Below are positions 9,015 through 17,088 of a stretch of 64,000 bases of DNA, piece by piece. The notes under the pieces were generated by a model. That model was given only the letters and a program-made list of their open reading frames with translations, made no database searches and was not told where the DNA came from. Position 1 is the stretch's first letter. The number at the start of each line of letters is the position of its first letter. The stretch spans positions 96,001-160,000 of the IMG/VR virus record IMGVR_UViG_3300034101_006325. The stretch is one strand, 5' to 3'. The stretch is from a virus. Its lineage: Duplodnaviria; Caudoviricetes. A program made the translations under genes and the position numbers.

Positions 9015-9338
9015 TTACTTTTTATCTGCTGGTGGTGCACTCTTTTTAACACTTTGAAGATAGTCACGAAATGCTGCCATCATTACACTTGCATCTACGT
9101 CAGCAAGGGGACCAAGAAGACCTGCCATTGTATCTTTGACTAAATTTTTCTTTTTATCAAGATCTTTAATTTGATCTAGTTTTTGTAAAACTGCTTGTAT
9201 CGGTGCTGATTTGTCCATAGCTGACGCAAATTTAGTTCCTAATGTTCCCATTTTTACAGGAGTTTCAGGATTTTCAGAGAGTGATTTGGAAAGTTCTTCA
9301 CGAATTATTTTTCGAAGCATGGATTCTGTAATTTTCAT
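9015..9338 (-). CDS. Small protein with shared N-terminal MKIT..LR.IIREEL motif
   Basis: 107 aa; SD GAGG. Confidence 0.75.
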   Translation of the reverse strand: MKITESMLRKIIREELSKSLSENPETPVKMGTLGTKFASAMDKSAPIQAVLQKLDQIKDLDKKKNLVKDTMAGLLGPLADVDASVMMAAFRDYLQSVKKSAPPADKK

Positions 9339-9421
9339 ATTTCCTCAGTTATCAAAAACAAAACAACAGTTCATATTTATGTCTCTAAATTAAAAAATAT
9401 TTTTATAATTATGAGAAAATT

Positions 9422-10684
9422 ATGTCAAGTCATAAAAAATCACCAGTCAGCATGTTGCTGAAAAATTTCATAAATGAAGCAAAAACAGGCACGCTGCGGT
9501 TGTTCGACAGCATCTATCAGATGATAGAAGACAAAAAAGAATATTCATCGGACTCTGAAAAGTTCAAAATTTTTATAAATGAACTCATGCCACATTTAAA
9601 TTTATCGGGGAAGAGTTTGAAAAAAGGTTCTTCAAGGATAGTGTTTATGCTTGAAGATAAACAGGTTTTGAAGGTAGCTTTAAACGAGGCAGGTTTTGCA
9701 CAAAATGGAATGGAAGCAACAATTGGAATGGACGATTCTGTCAGTGAAGTTGTTGCTCCTGTGTTGGACACAAGTGATATTGTCGACTACAACGGCTTTT
9801 TATGGATTGTTTCGCAAAAAGTAGAACCGTTAACTGATGATTTAGTTGAAAGAAGTTGGCCTGAATTTTCTGATCTTCTTCGAAAGGCTGCAACAACAAA
9901 TGAAAAAATTGTCGGCATAAAGATGGGTGTAGGCGGCGGTGTGGGTCCTAGGTCTCCTAGCGATGAGAAAACAGTTGTCCCTGGTGAAGAAACAAAAGTA
10001 GAAATTCCACGGGCCGCGGCCAAAAAAATAAAAAGCAAAAATGAAAAAGCAAAATTATCTGCCGAAGCAGAAAAATTACTAAAAAGTCTAGATGAAAACT
10101 TCTTTGAAGCTTTTAGAACTTTCACTAGAAAATATAGAGGAGCTACAACAGCCGACCTTTTGAAGCCAGACTCATGGGGCATCGATAGAGGTAAGTTAAA
10201 GCTTCTAGATTATGGGTATACGAGAAGAATAGCAGAGGATTTCTATGTCAGCGGTCGTCCTACAGGAACCGAAAAAGCAAAAGAAAGCATGATTGCGAGA
10301 AATCAAGAGAGAATACAGAACATTAAATCCACAGTGGCCGACAATATTGATACAATAGAAAATACGAAGAATATTCCTCCAATGGTATCGCTGCTTCTGC
10401 TGGTTCGTGGCGTAGTGGCAGGAATACCTCTCAATATAGAAACATTTGCGGTCGGTAATCCTCTTAAGCCCCTGACGGAAACAGAGAAAGCTACAGCAGC
10501 AGAAGCAATCAGATCCAATCAAGGAAAAGTCGAGAGAATTATTGACATGGTTACTGACTCGTCATTAAAAAATAAATTATATGATGAGCTGGATGATATT
10601 CTCTTAACAACTGGGTCGTTAGGAAAGAAATCACAGAAAGAATCTTTGATTAGAAAATTCGTTCTAGAGTACCTTAAAAATTGA
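9422..10684 (+). CDS. Protein-kinase-like fold protein
   Basis: Glycine loop KGSSRIVF, beta3 VLKVA, alphaC QNGME, catalytic-loop-like ADLLKPDSWG, metal-binding LLDYGY. Confidence 0.65.
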   Translation: MSSHKKSPVSMLLKNFINEAKTGTLRLFDSIYQMIEDKKEYSSDSEKFKIFINELMPHLNLSGKSLKKGSSRIVFMLEDKQVLKVALNEAGFAQNGMEATIGMDDSVSEVVAPVLDTSDIVDYNGFLWIVSQKVEPLTDDLVERSWPEFSDLLRKAATTNEKIVGIKMGVGGGVGPRSPSDEKTVVPGEETKVEIPRAAAKKIKSKNEKAKLSAEAEKLLKSLDENFFEAFRTFTRKYRGATTADLLKPDSWGIDRGKLKLLDYGYTRRIAEDFYVSGRPTGTEKAKESMIARNQERIQNIKSTVADNIDTIENTKNIPPMVSLLLLVRGVVAGIPLNIETFAVGNPLKPLTETEKATAAEAIRSNQGKVERIIDMVTDSSLKNKLYDELDDILLTTGSLGKKSQKESLIRKFVLEYLKN

Positions 10685-11590
10685 TCAGACTGTTGGTTCC
10701 CATTTCTTGATGTCTCTTCGCTTGGCGGAAGCGGCATCAAAGAATATAATTTCGCCTTCTCCCCCTCGAACTCGTCGGACGCCCATGTTGTCCGGCTTGA
10801 AATCGACCATTCCAAGCCTGTAATGATTTTGAATACCTTTAATGAATTTTGTGAACCAATCAGGTGACAATCTGTAGCGTTCTTCAACTACTGCCATCGT
10901 ATCTTTTGGCAGCATTTGTATAAGCTTTGCTACGATGTCTGCAGTCCTTCTGTCAGCAAACTTTGTCGGCACAGCACCCGGCAAGCCCTGATCAGCAGCA
11001 TATGTCGTCATCGCAGTAATCTCTTGAGGAGACATGCCTTGTTTCTTTAGCTTTTTTTCGTAGTCCTTTATTGACTTCTGCTCTTCGGACACAATCTTTG
11101 CTATACCTTCGGAGATCAAACGCCACAAAACTTTCCAATCAGGATCTTCGCCAATTTTATCAGCATCCTGCACCTTCTCAGAGATCGACCATCCGATATT
11201 TCCGATATTGCTCTTGAAGATGCCTGTGGCCAAGACGCCAGGAAGTCCTCCTCCGACGTCAGATCCTGAATATAAGGCATCTTCTATCTCTGATGCCCTT
11301 GAAGCACCAGGCTCAAGCTTTAAGACTTTATCAGAACCCAGAGAAAATGCGCTACCTTGACGTCCAGACCCCAAGTATTTTATGGATCCTTGAGAAAAAA
11401 TTTTTTTCCAATCATCAAAATTGTCTTGTAAAATAGAAAATTCGTCGACATCGAGACCTAACGATCTAAAGACCCTAGATTTTCTAAGTTCATCTCTTAT
11501 TGCTCCCATTTGTAGCTCAGAAAGCTCAGGAGAGTTTGATGTCATCTCAGTCAAGATTGTTCTAATATAACGACGCAATAATTCTGTCAT
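10685..11590 (-). CDS. Protein-kinase-like fold protein
   Basis: YLGSGRQGSAF loop, KVLKL, VDFKPDNMG catalytic loop, IFFDAA. Confidence 0.7.
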   Translation of the reverse strand: MTELLRRYIRTILTEMTSNSPELSELQMGAIRDELRKSRVFRSLGLDVDEFSILQDNFDDWKKIFSQGSIKYLGSGRQGSAFSLGSDKVLKLEPGASRASEIEDALYSGSDVGGGLPGVLATGIFKSNIGNIGWSISEKVQDADKIGEDPDWKVLWRLISEGIAKIVSEEQKSIKDYEKKLKKQGMSPQEITAMTTYAADQGLPGAVPTKFADRRTADIVAKLIQMLPKDTMAVVEERYRLSPDWFTKFIKGIQNHYRLGMVDFKPDNMGVRRVRGGEGEIIFFDAASAKRRDIKKWEPTV

Positions 11591-11646
11591 AACGCTGACA
11601 ATAAAATATCTAATACAATTAGAACTAGAAATCTAATTTTCTTTAA

Positions 11647-12129
11647 ATGAACATCTTTGTACTCAACGAAGATCCTGTACAAGCTGCAAAAGATCAATGC
11701 GACAAACACGTCGTAAAAATGATACTTGAAAGTGGACAAATGTTGTGTGCTGCACACGAACCAGGACTATCGCCATGGAAGAGAACACACTACAATCATC
11801 CTTGCACTATTTGGACTAGATCATCGAAAGAAAACTATCGATGGTTGGCAGTGCACGGTCTTGAACTTTGTGCTGAATACACCCGACGCTACGGGCGGAG
11901 ACACAAGGCCGAGGATGTTTTGATCTGGTGTGCTGAAAATGTTCCTGAAAGTGTGCCCGATGTGCCTCAAACTCCCTTTACAGTAGCAATTAAAAATCCA
12001 GATTATCATAAGGACAATGCTGTCGACTCTTACAGGGCATATTACCTAGGTGAAAAAATTAGATTCGCTAAGTGGAAGTATTGTCCCCCGCCGAAGTGGT
12101 GGATCGATGCGCTTTCTTCCGCAAAATAA
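11647..12129 (+). CDS. Pyrimidine-dimer DNA glycosylase-like protein (Pyr_excise family)
   Basis: MNIF.L..DP..AA...CDKHVVKMILES.QMLC; H.NHPC.IW; ELC.EYT.RYG..H; FAKWK...P.WW. Confidence 0.75.
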   Translation: MNIFVLNEDPVQAAKDQCDKHVVKMILESGQMLCAAHEPGLSPWKRTHYNHPCTIWTRSSKENYRWLAVHGLELCAEYTRRYGRRHKAEDVLIWCAENVPESVPDVPQTPFTVAIKNPDYHKDNAVDSYRAYYLGEKIRFAKWKYCPPPKWWIDALSSAK

Positions 12130-12427
12130 GGGGATTTTCCTTAATTTTCCAAAATTGTTGCTCAAGAGGAGGAATTTCACCTCTCCTAAAAAACATCAGC
12201 TTTCTGCCATTTGTAGAATCATAGACGCCTATGATCGTAATCTCACCAGCATGTATTAGATCATGGCAAATATGACAGACTATACTTAAATTATGATTAT
12301 CATTGGTGCATCTAGGATCGCACCGAGGAATAATGTGATGAATGTTGAGAGCGGAAGGATTGTCATAACCGCAAATTTCACATTTGTCTTTTTTAAGTTT
12401 TGTCTGTTGACTATGACGTCTCTTCAC
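12068..12427 (-). CDS. HNH endonuclease
   Basis: CEIC...HHIIP...N..NL..VCHICHDLIH; GTG start. Confidence 0.8.
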   Translation of the reverse strand: MKRRHSQQTKLKKDKCEICGYDNPSALNIHHIIPRCDPRCTNDNHNLSIVCHICHDLIHAGEITIIGVYDSTNGRKLMFFRRGEIPPLEQQFWKIKENPLILRKKAHRSTTSAGDNTST

Positions 12428-12459
12428 GCTGACAATAATACAGCATCAAAATATCTTCA

Positions 12460-13017
12460 TCACAAAATTCTCAATATTTCGTGACACTTATCCTGAATAC
12501 TCTTGGGAAGCATCCTGGAAAACATTTCCACATCATTTAATGCAATAAATCTTCTCATGTCCGTTCCGGACACATTAGGTGTTTTAGATCCCCTCTTTAT
12601 TCCCATTCTTATTATTTGCCCGCTGTCGAAAAGCTTAGGTGCCTGTTTTCGCAAATTGACAGGAGTGAATCTAGAAATATCCTCAGAGTCTGAGTAAATT
12701 GTATGCACATCGTATGAGTAATTTTTCTCAGCTCGATTCAACGTATTAAAAACCATGGTCACAGGAGTGACTGGTGGGTCAGCATAAATTACTTCAACAT
12801 TGCCGAGCAGCCTTAAAGACGGCTTTACAAACTTTTCCATAACAATTCTCATCTTGTCACCCTGAATCGACAGCTCTCCTTTTCGAGGCCTGTCTGCTGT
12901 GGAGGCAAAAACAAGGACCTCGTCATTTTCAGAAGAAGCTAGACGAACAAGAGCATCATGACCTGCATGGTAAGGTTTGAAACTTCCAGGAATCAATCCA
13001 ATTCTTTTTGAGTTCAT
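12460..13017 (-). CDS. HIGH-superfamily nucleotidyltransferase (cytidylyltransferase/NMNAT-like)
   Basis: IGLIPGSFKPYHAGH and VSGTDMR motifs; start moved to ATG 13017 to remove the overlap with the upstream gene. Confidence 0.75.
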   Translation of the reverse strand: MNSKRIGLIPGSFKPYHAGHDALVRLASSENDEVLVFASTADRPRKGELSIQGDKMRIVMEKFVKPSLRLLGNVEVIYADPPVTPVTMVFNTLNRAEKNYSYDVHTIYSDSEDISRFTPVNLRKQAPKLFDSGQIIRMGIKRGSKTPNVSGTDMRRFIALNDVEMFSRMLPKSIQDKCHEILRIL

Positions 13018-13028
13018 TATTAAATAAA

Positions 13029-14408
13029 TCAAACTGGGCTTTGGTTCACAATGCCAGAAATCCACTGGCCTGAATAAAATTCCTCGACTCTTAGACGGTC
13101 ACCTTTTGAAACTGCAAATGCCACTGCTGCTCCGGCTGCTGCAGAAGTAGAATTTGCAGACTGTCCAGGTACATCATTGCCAGTCGCTGGATCGAATCCT
13201 ACAACAGATCCATCTGATTTTACACCACCAAACCATCCTGTCTTTGTGTAGCCATTACCCATCACATATATCCAATTTGAATTTCCAGGCGTTCCATCAG
13301 GCCAGCCAGACCTTTCCAGCGGTGTCTTGGGTGTGTCGCCATGGACTGTAAAGACTAAATTATCTGCGAGAGTCTTGTTGGAACATGTCGGATCAGAGAT
13401 TCCTGATAAATCACTCATAAACATGTCTAAAATCAATCCTAAATGATCGACAGTCTGCAAGAGGCTGCCCATGTCGGCAAAAGCACCGTGCGGATCATCT
13501 CTAAAAACAGGCGCAATTACACAGGAAGTTAAACCAAGCTTGAATGCCTTTGACGTGGTAATTAAAGTCTTTGCTAGCTCTCTGAGCTTATTAGGTGTAG
13601 AAACTGTAACACCATAACGGGACAGATCATCCTGGGATGGTTCTAATAATGCCGCCAAATTCTTTCCTAGGAAATTAGCACTCTTTTTTCCAATATTTAA
13701 CGGTCGCTGCACAGTGGATCTAGTCGAAGCAGAGTTTAGTCCAAGGAACGCCTTGTAGTATGCTTCAAAAAGTTTGGAATCCTGTTCGACTTCGAGTATT
13801 GAACGACTGGCAGCACTGTTGAACAGCTGAACCATTCCATCAGCATTTCCTACAGTTGTAAGTTGAGGAGAACCGGGCGCAGTGCCAAAGGCAACAGGGG
13901 TAATTCCAATGACAGGAATTAAGGTCGGATTTGCCCTTTGTATCGACGAACAGACGGCCATCATGCTTTGTCCTGCTCCGACGGTTGCAGAAGAACCAGG
14001 CGTCGGTGTGTGAGTCTGGTTTACTCCTGCCATGAAAGCCGATATTCTTTTTGTCCTGTCTTTGTTTTTCCAAGGAGATTGTGGGACATGATACAAGGTT
14101 TTGTCAGCATCGTCTGCCTTGACCTGCTGACCCTGAGCATGAAATGCAAAATTGGAATTTGTGGAAGTTGCAACTTCATTGTGAGGCCAAAGTAGCTGGA
14201 ACCATGCAAAGCCTCCATCACCGGCGACCAAATGGACGGATCTAAGAGTTGTAGAACAAGTGGCTTCGTCGGCCAATGCTGTTCCTGCTGTATCATTAAT
14301 TACGTTGAGAACCTGAGATCTATCAAGAGCCAATGCTGCGCCGGCTGCTGCAGTCCATCTCAAAAATTTTCTTCTAGATTCACCTCGTAAATTCTTTAGA
14401 TCCGACAT
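13029..14408 (-). CDS. Tat-exported protein, DUF1501/DUF1552-type partner of a cytochrome cassette
   Basis: Twin-arginine signal SRRKFLRW followed by hydrophobic AAAGAALAL; last gene of a three-gene operon. Confidence 0.6.
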   Translation of the reverse strand: MSDLKNLRGESRRKFLRWTAAAGAALALDRSQVLNVINDTAGTALADEATCSTTLRSVHLVAGDGGFAWFQLLWPHNEVATSTNSNFAFHAQGQQVKADDADKTLYHVPQSPWKNKDRTKRISAFMAGVNQTHTPTPGSSATVGAGQSMMAVCSSIQRANPTLIPVIGITPVAFGTAPGSPQLTTVGNADGMVQLFNSAASRSILEVEQDSKLFEAYYKAFLGLNSASTRSTVQRPLNIGKKSANFLGKNLAALLEPSQDDLSRYGVTVSTPNKLRELAKTLITTSKAFKLGLTSCVIAPVFRDDPHGAFADMGSLLQTVDHLGLILDMFMSDLSGISDPTCSNKTLADNLVFTVHGDTPKTPLERSGWPDGTPGNSNWIYVMGNGYTKTGWFGGVKSDGSVVGFDPATGNDVPGQSANSTSAAAGAAVAFAVSKGDRLRVEEFYSGQWISGIVNQSPV

Positions 14409-14426
14409 AATTCTTTCCTTTCAATA

Positions 14427-15152
14427 TCACTCGCAAGAATGTGCGGCCGACAATATGACAGCAACAGCTATTGACTTGCCTTTTTCAGGTGTTGAAGCAC
14501 TATTCACAATATCTGTACAAATTGCAAGATGCTGAGAAGTAGCAGGTCTGCCAAGAAGACATGTGACAGCAGGCTCGGTGCACCAATCATTTTGGTCAAA
14601 TACAGAAGTGCCAACACCATCTTCTTGACACTGTTGCAGACCAGGCATGGCTGTAATTATCTCTGATGATGCTTGAACAAAAATATCAAACTGTTTTGCT
14701 GCACCTGAGGACGTCCAAACGATTGACTCTCCCACGCGAGCATCATAAACAGCACCTCCGAGAGCTGCTGATCCTTCAGAAAAAAGCTGTCCTGCAGTTG
14801 GTGGATCTGCTGTTAATGTCATGTTCACACCAAATTCTTCCAGAATATTTCGAAGTGTCGCCACAGGAATCTTCTGACAGGAATGAAGTCTAGTCCTAAT
14901 CTCTGGTGGTCCTTCCTCCTGCCGCTGGGCCAATACTGTCATAGGATCCTTGCTGCCATCTTCACCCAAGCCGGACATATGATCAAATGTATTGTCTTCA
15001 TCACCTGTATAATCATCATCAGGAGGAGGATCTTCAGGGCTATCGACAGGTGGATCTTCCTTTGGTGGAATTAAACCGTTTGGTGGATCAATTCCACAGG
15101 ATGCATTAAGGAAAACCAATGGGAGGATCAAAAATAATCTTTTGTAATTCAT
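14427..15152 (-). CDS. Cys-rich putative lipoprotein
   Basis: Signal peptide MNYKRLFLILPLVFLNAS-C; Pro/Asp linker; multiple Cys. Confidence 0.65.
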   Translation of the reverse strand: MNYKRLFLILPLVFLNASCGIDPPNGLIPPKEDPPVDSPEDPPPDDDYTGDEDNTFDHMSGLGEDGSKDPMTVLAQRQEEGPPEIRTRLHSCQKIPVATLRNILEEFGVNMTLTADPPTAGQLFSEGSAALGGAVYDARVGESIVWTSSGAAKQFDIFVQASSEIITAMPGLQQCQEDGVGTSVFDQNDWCTEPAVTCLLGRPATSQHLAICTDIVNSASTPEKGKSIAVAVILSAAHSCE

Positions 15153-15167
15153 ACTGTTTTACCTGCA

Positions 15168-16334
15168 TCAGAAATTTACGAAATCTTCATGCTTAAACAT
15201 AAAACGAAGTGTCTCCTTGACGTCCATGCCAGATGACTCGTACTTTTTAACGAGAGGATCTAGCACGGAAGGCGGGATTGTCGCAAGGTCATTGACAACG
15301 TCTTCCTTTGACATCACCATGTTCCACAAACGAGTGACCACGCAATCTGAGACAAGAGGATCGTCTGCAATTGCTGCACCTAAGGCAGGAAGATCATTTG
15401 CTTCAATTCCAAACCTCCACGCAGTCTTTTCTCCACCATTCAACCAATGACTCATCTCAGACTTAATAGGATCTGGCAGGACGGGTGTGTTGACCTGACT
15501 TTGGCTCGTCCACATGCCATTTTCATCAAAATTAGCAAACAATGGCGCAATATGGTTCATAGTCGCGTGACAATTGGCACAAACAACGGACTGTGTGTCT
15601 CTAAAATCAATAGGAGAATTAGAAATTGATTCGAACGACCAAGGAGAAATATAATCCTTTCCTTCTATTTTCTGAGGATCTTTTGTGGATTCTGCAGGAA
15701 ACTTTTGACACATAAACACCTCCTGCATCCAACGGACTCTTCTAAATGCCATGTTGCTGTAAAACTGCTTCATCGAACCAGGATTGGTCAAAACACCTGA
15801 ATGAACTTCGACGCCATTATCACAATCCCCATCCACGAAGGCTCCATCTGAAAAGCTGGGACAAGTTCCCTGTGTTGCAGTGAAAATATCTGTAAAAGGC
15901 CGCCCTTCAACGGAAACTCTAGCAACAAATACAGGAGAAAAATCTAATTCTTGGGAACCACCTTGACGAAGAGTATCTCTCCAAAATTTTACCATCCGAC
16001 CAGCAAAGCGAGGATCGTCCAGCAAAGAATCTACTTCTAGTTCATATGCAGCCTTTTTGTCGTCAGCATTTTGAACACGTCTAATTTGACTCAAAGGAGG
16101 AAGTGTCCTGACCAGCTTTAAAGATGCTGTTCTCAATGCAGCATTATAATCCAAAATTCTGTCATCCAAAACGGACGACTTAGCAGACTCACCTCCGACG
16201 CCCGAAGCTGTAGAAGATTCGTCTGCGGTTCCTCCGGGGTCGCCTCCGTAGCTTCCTGTCCCAAATCCTGACGGTTCTTCGGTGCAGGCTGATAAAACCA
16301 AAAAAGACGCCAAATATTTGCATAACCTCTTCAT
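15168..16334 (-). CDS. Putative lipoprotein c-type cytochrome (DUF1549/DUF1553/DUF1588-like)
   Basis: Lipobox LSA-C; heme-attachment motif CANCH (15567-15581); GVLTNPG and AFRRVRW segments. Confidence 0.65.
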   Translation of the reverse strand: MKRLCKYLASFLVLSACTEEPSGFGTGSYGGDPGGTADESSTASGVGGESAKSSVLDDRILDYNAALRTASLKLVRTLPPLSQIRRVQNADDKKAAYELEVDSLLDDPRFAGRMVKFWRDTLRQGGSQELDFSPVFVARVSVEGRPFTDIFTATQGTCPSFSDGAFVDGDCDNGVEVHSGVLTNPGSMKQFYSNMAFRRVRWMQEVFMCQKFPAESTKDPQKIEGKDYISPWSFESISNSPIDFRDTQSVVCANCHATMNHIAPLFANFDENGMWTSQSQVNTPVLPDPIKSEMSHWLNGGEKTAWRFGIEANDLPALGAAIADDPLVSDCVVTRLWNMVMSKEDVVNDLATIPPSVLDPLVKKYESSGMDVKETLRFMFKHEDFVNF

Positions 16335-16340
16335 AACAAC

Positions 16341-16370
16341 ATACTACATATGCCCAAAGAAAAGGTACAA
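16341..16370 (-). promoter_or_regulatory. Host sigma70-type promoter giving a predicted leaderless mRNA
   Basis: TTGTAC-N18-TAGTAT-N6-ATG(16334); no SD. Confidence 0.55.
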
Positions 16371-16397
16371 TATTTATTTAATTCAAATAGGAATAAG

Positions 16398-16799
16398 TCA
16401 ACCTGTGCTGTCGGTATAAGAGCCTGGTGGATCAGTGACTCTCCGCTGAGTTTCAGTCGCAGGCCCTTTGTAGGTCTCTAGCATACGTCTCAGAGTCTTC
16501 ACGATGGCATCGTAACCAACTACAGAAACTCCACCAGATGTTGTATAGGCGAGAATTGATCCAGCCAATGTCTCGCCAAATGCCTTTGGAACAGGCAGAC
16601 CATACTTGAAACCAACAATGCCAGTCAATGCGCCAACAATCAGCGCATGCAATGGCAAAGTTGCCCAGTAAATTCTTCGCCAGCCAACATGTGCATCAGT
16701 TTCTCTTCGTCTATTACCTAGGATCAAATTACGAACAACCTGCCCACACATACCTATGATGAATGGAACTACTCCAAGTATGATCAGCCAATCCTGCAT
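16398..16799 (-). CDS. Small membrane protein, holin-like
   Basis: About three hydrophobic segments in 133 aa with a charged C-terminus. Confidence 0.5.
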   Translation of the reverse strand: MQDWLIILGVVPFIIGMCGQVVRNLILGNRRRETDAHVGWRRIYWATLPLHALIVGALTGIVGFKYGLPVPKAFGETLAGSILAYTTSGGVSVVGYDAIVKTLRRMLETYKGPATETQRRVTDPPGSYTDSTG

Positions 16800-16846
16800 A
16801 CTTTGTAATTATCAACTGCAAATCTAAAGCTTTAGATAATTCGATC

Positions 16847-17065
16847 CTACTTCTTCTTTTTCATCGTCTTCTTAGCATCAGCTGTTCCGTGCTTCACGGC
16901 GTCTGCTCTAGGCTCTCCAGAGGCAATTCTTCTGGCAATCATCACGTCTGCAAAATCATTCTTACCGTCTTTATTGAGGTCATCCTTGCCTTCAGCCTCT
17001 GACATCTCAACCTCAGTGACTACCTCTCTAATAATTCTTCTTAATTCGCTTATGCTGATCTTCAT
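16847..17065 (-). CDS. Small protein with shared N-terminal motif and a DxNxDG loop
   Basis: MKISISELRRIIREVVTEV; DLNKDGKNDFAD. Confidence 0.7.
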   Translation of the reverse strand: MKISISELRRIIREVVTEVEMSEAEGKDDLNKDGKNDFADVMIARRIASGEPRADAVKHGTADAKKTMKKKK

Positions 17066-17088
17066 GTGATTTAATTATTAATTAAATT

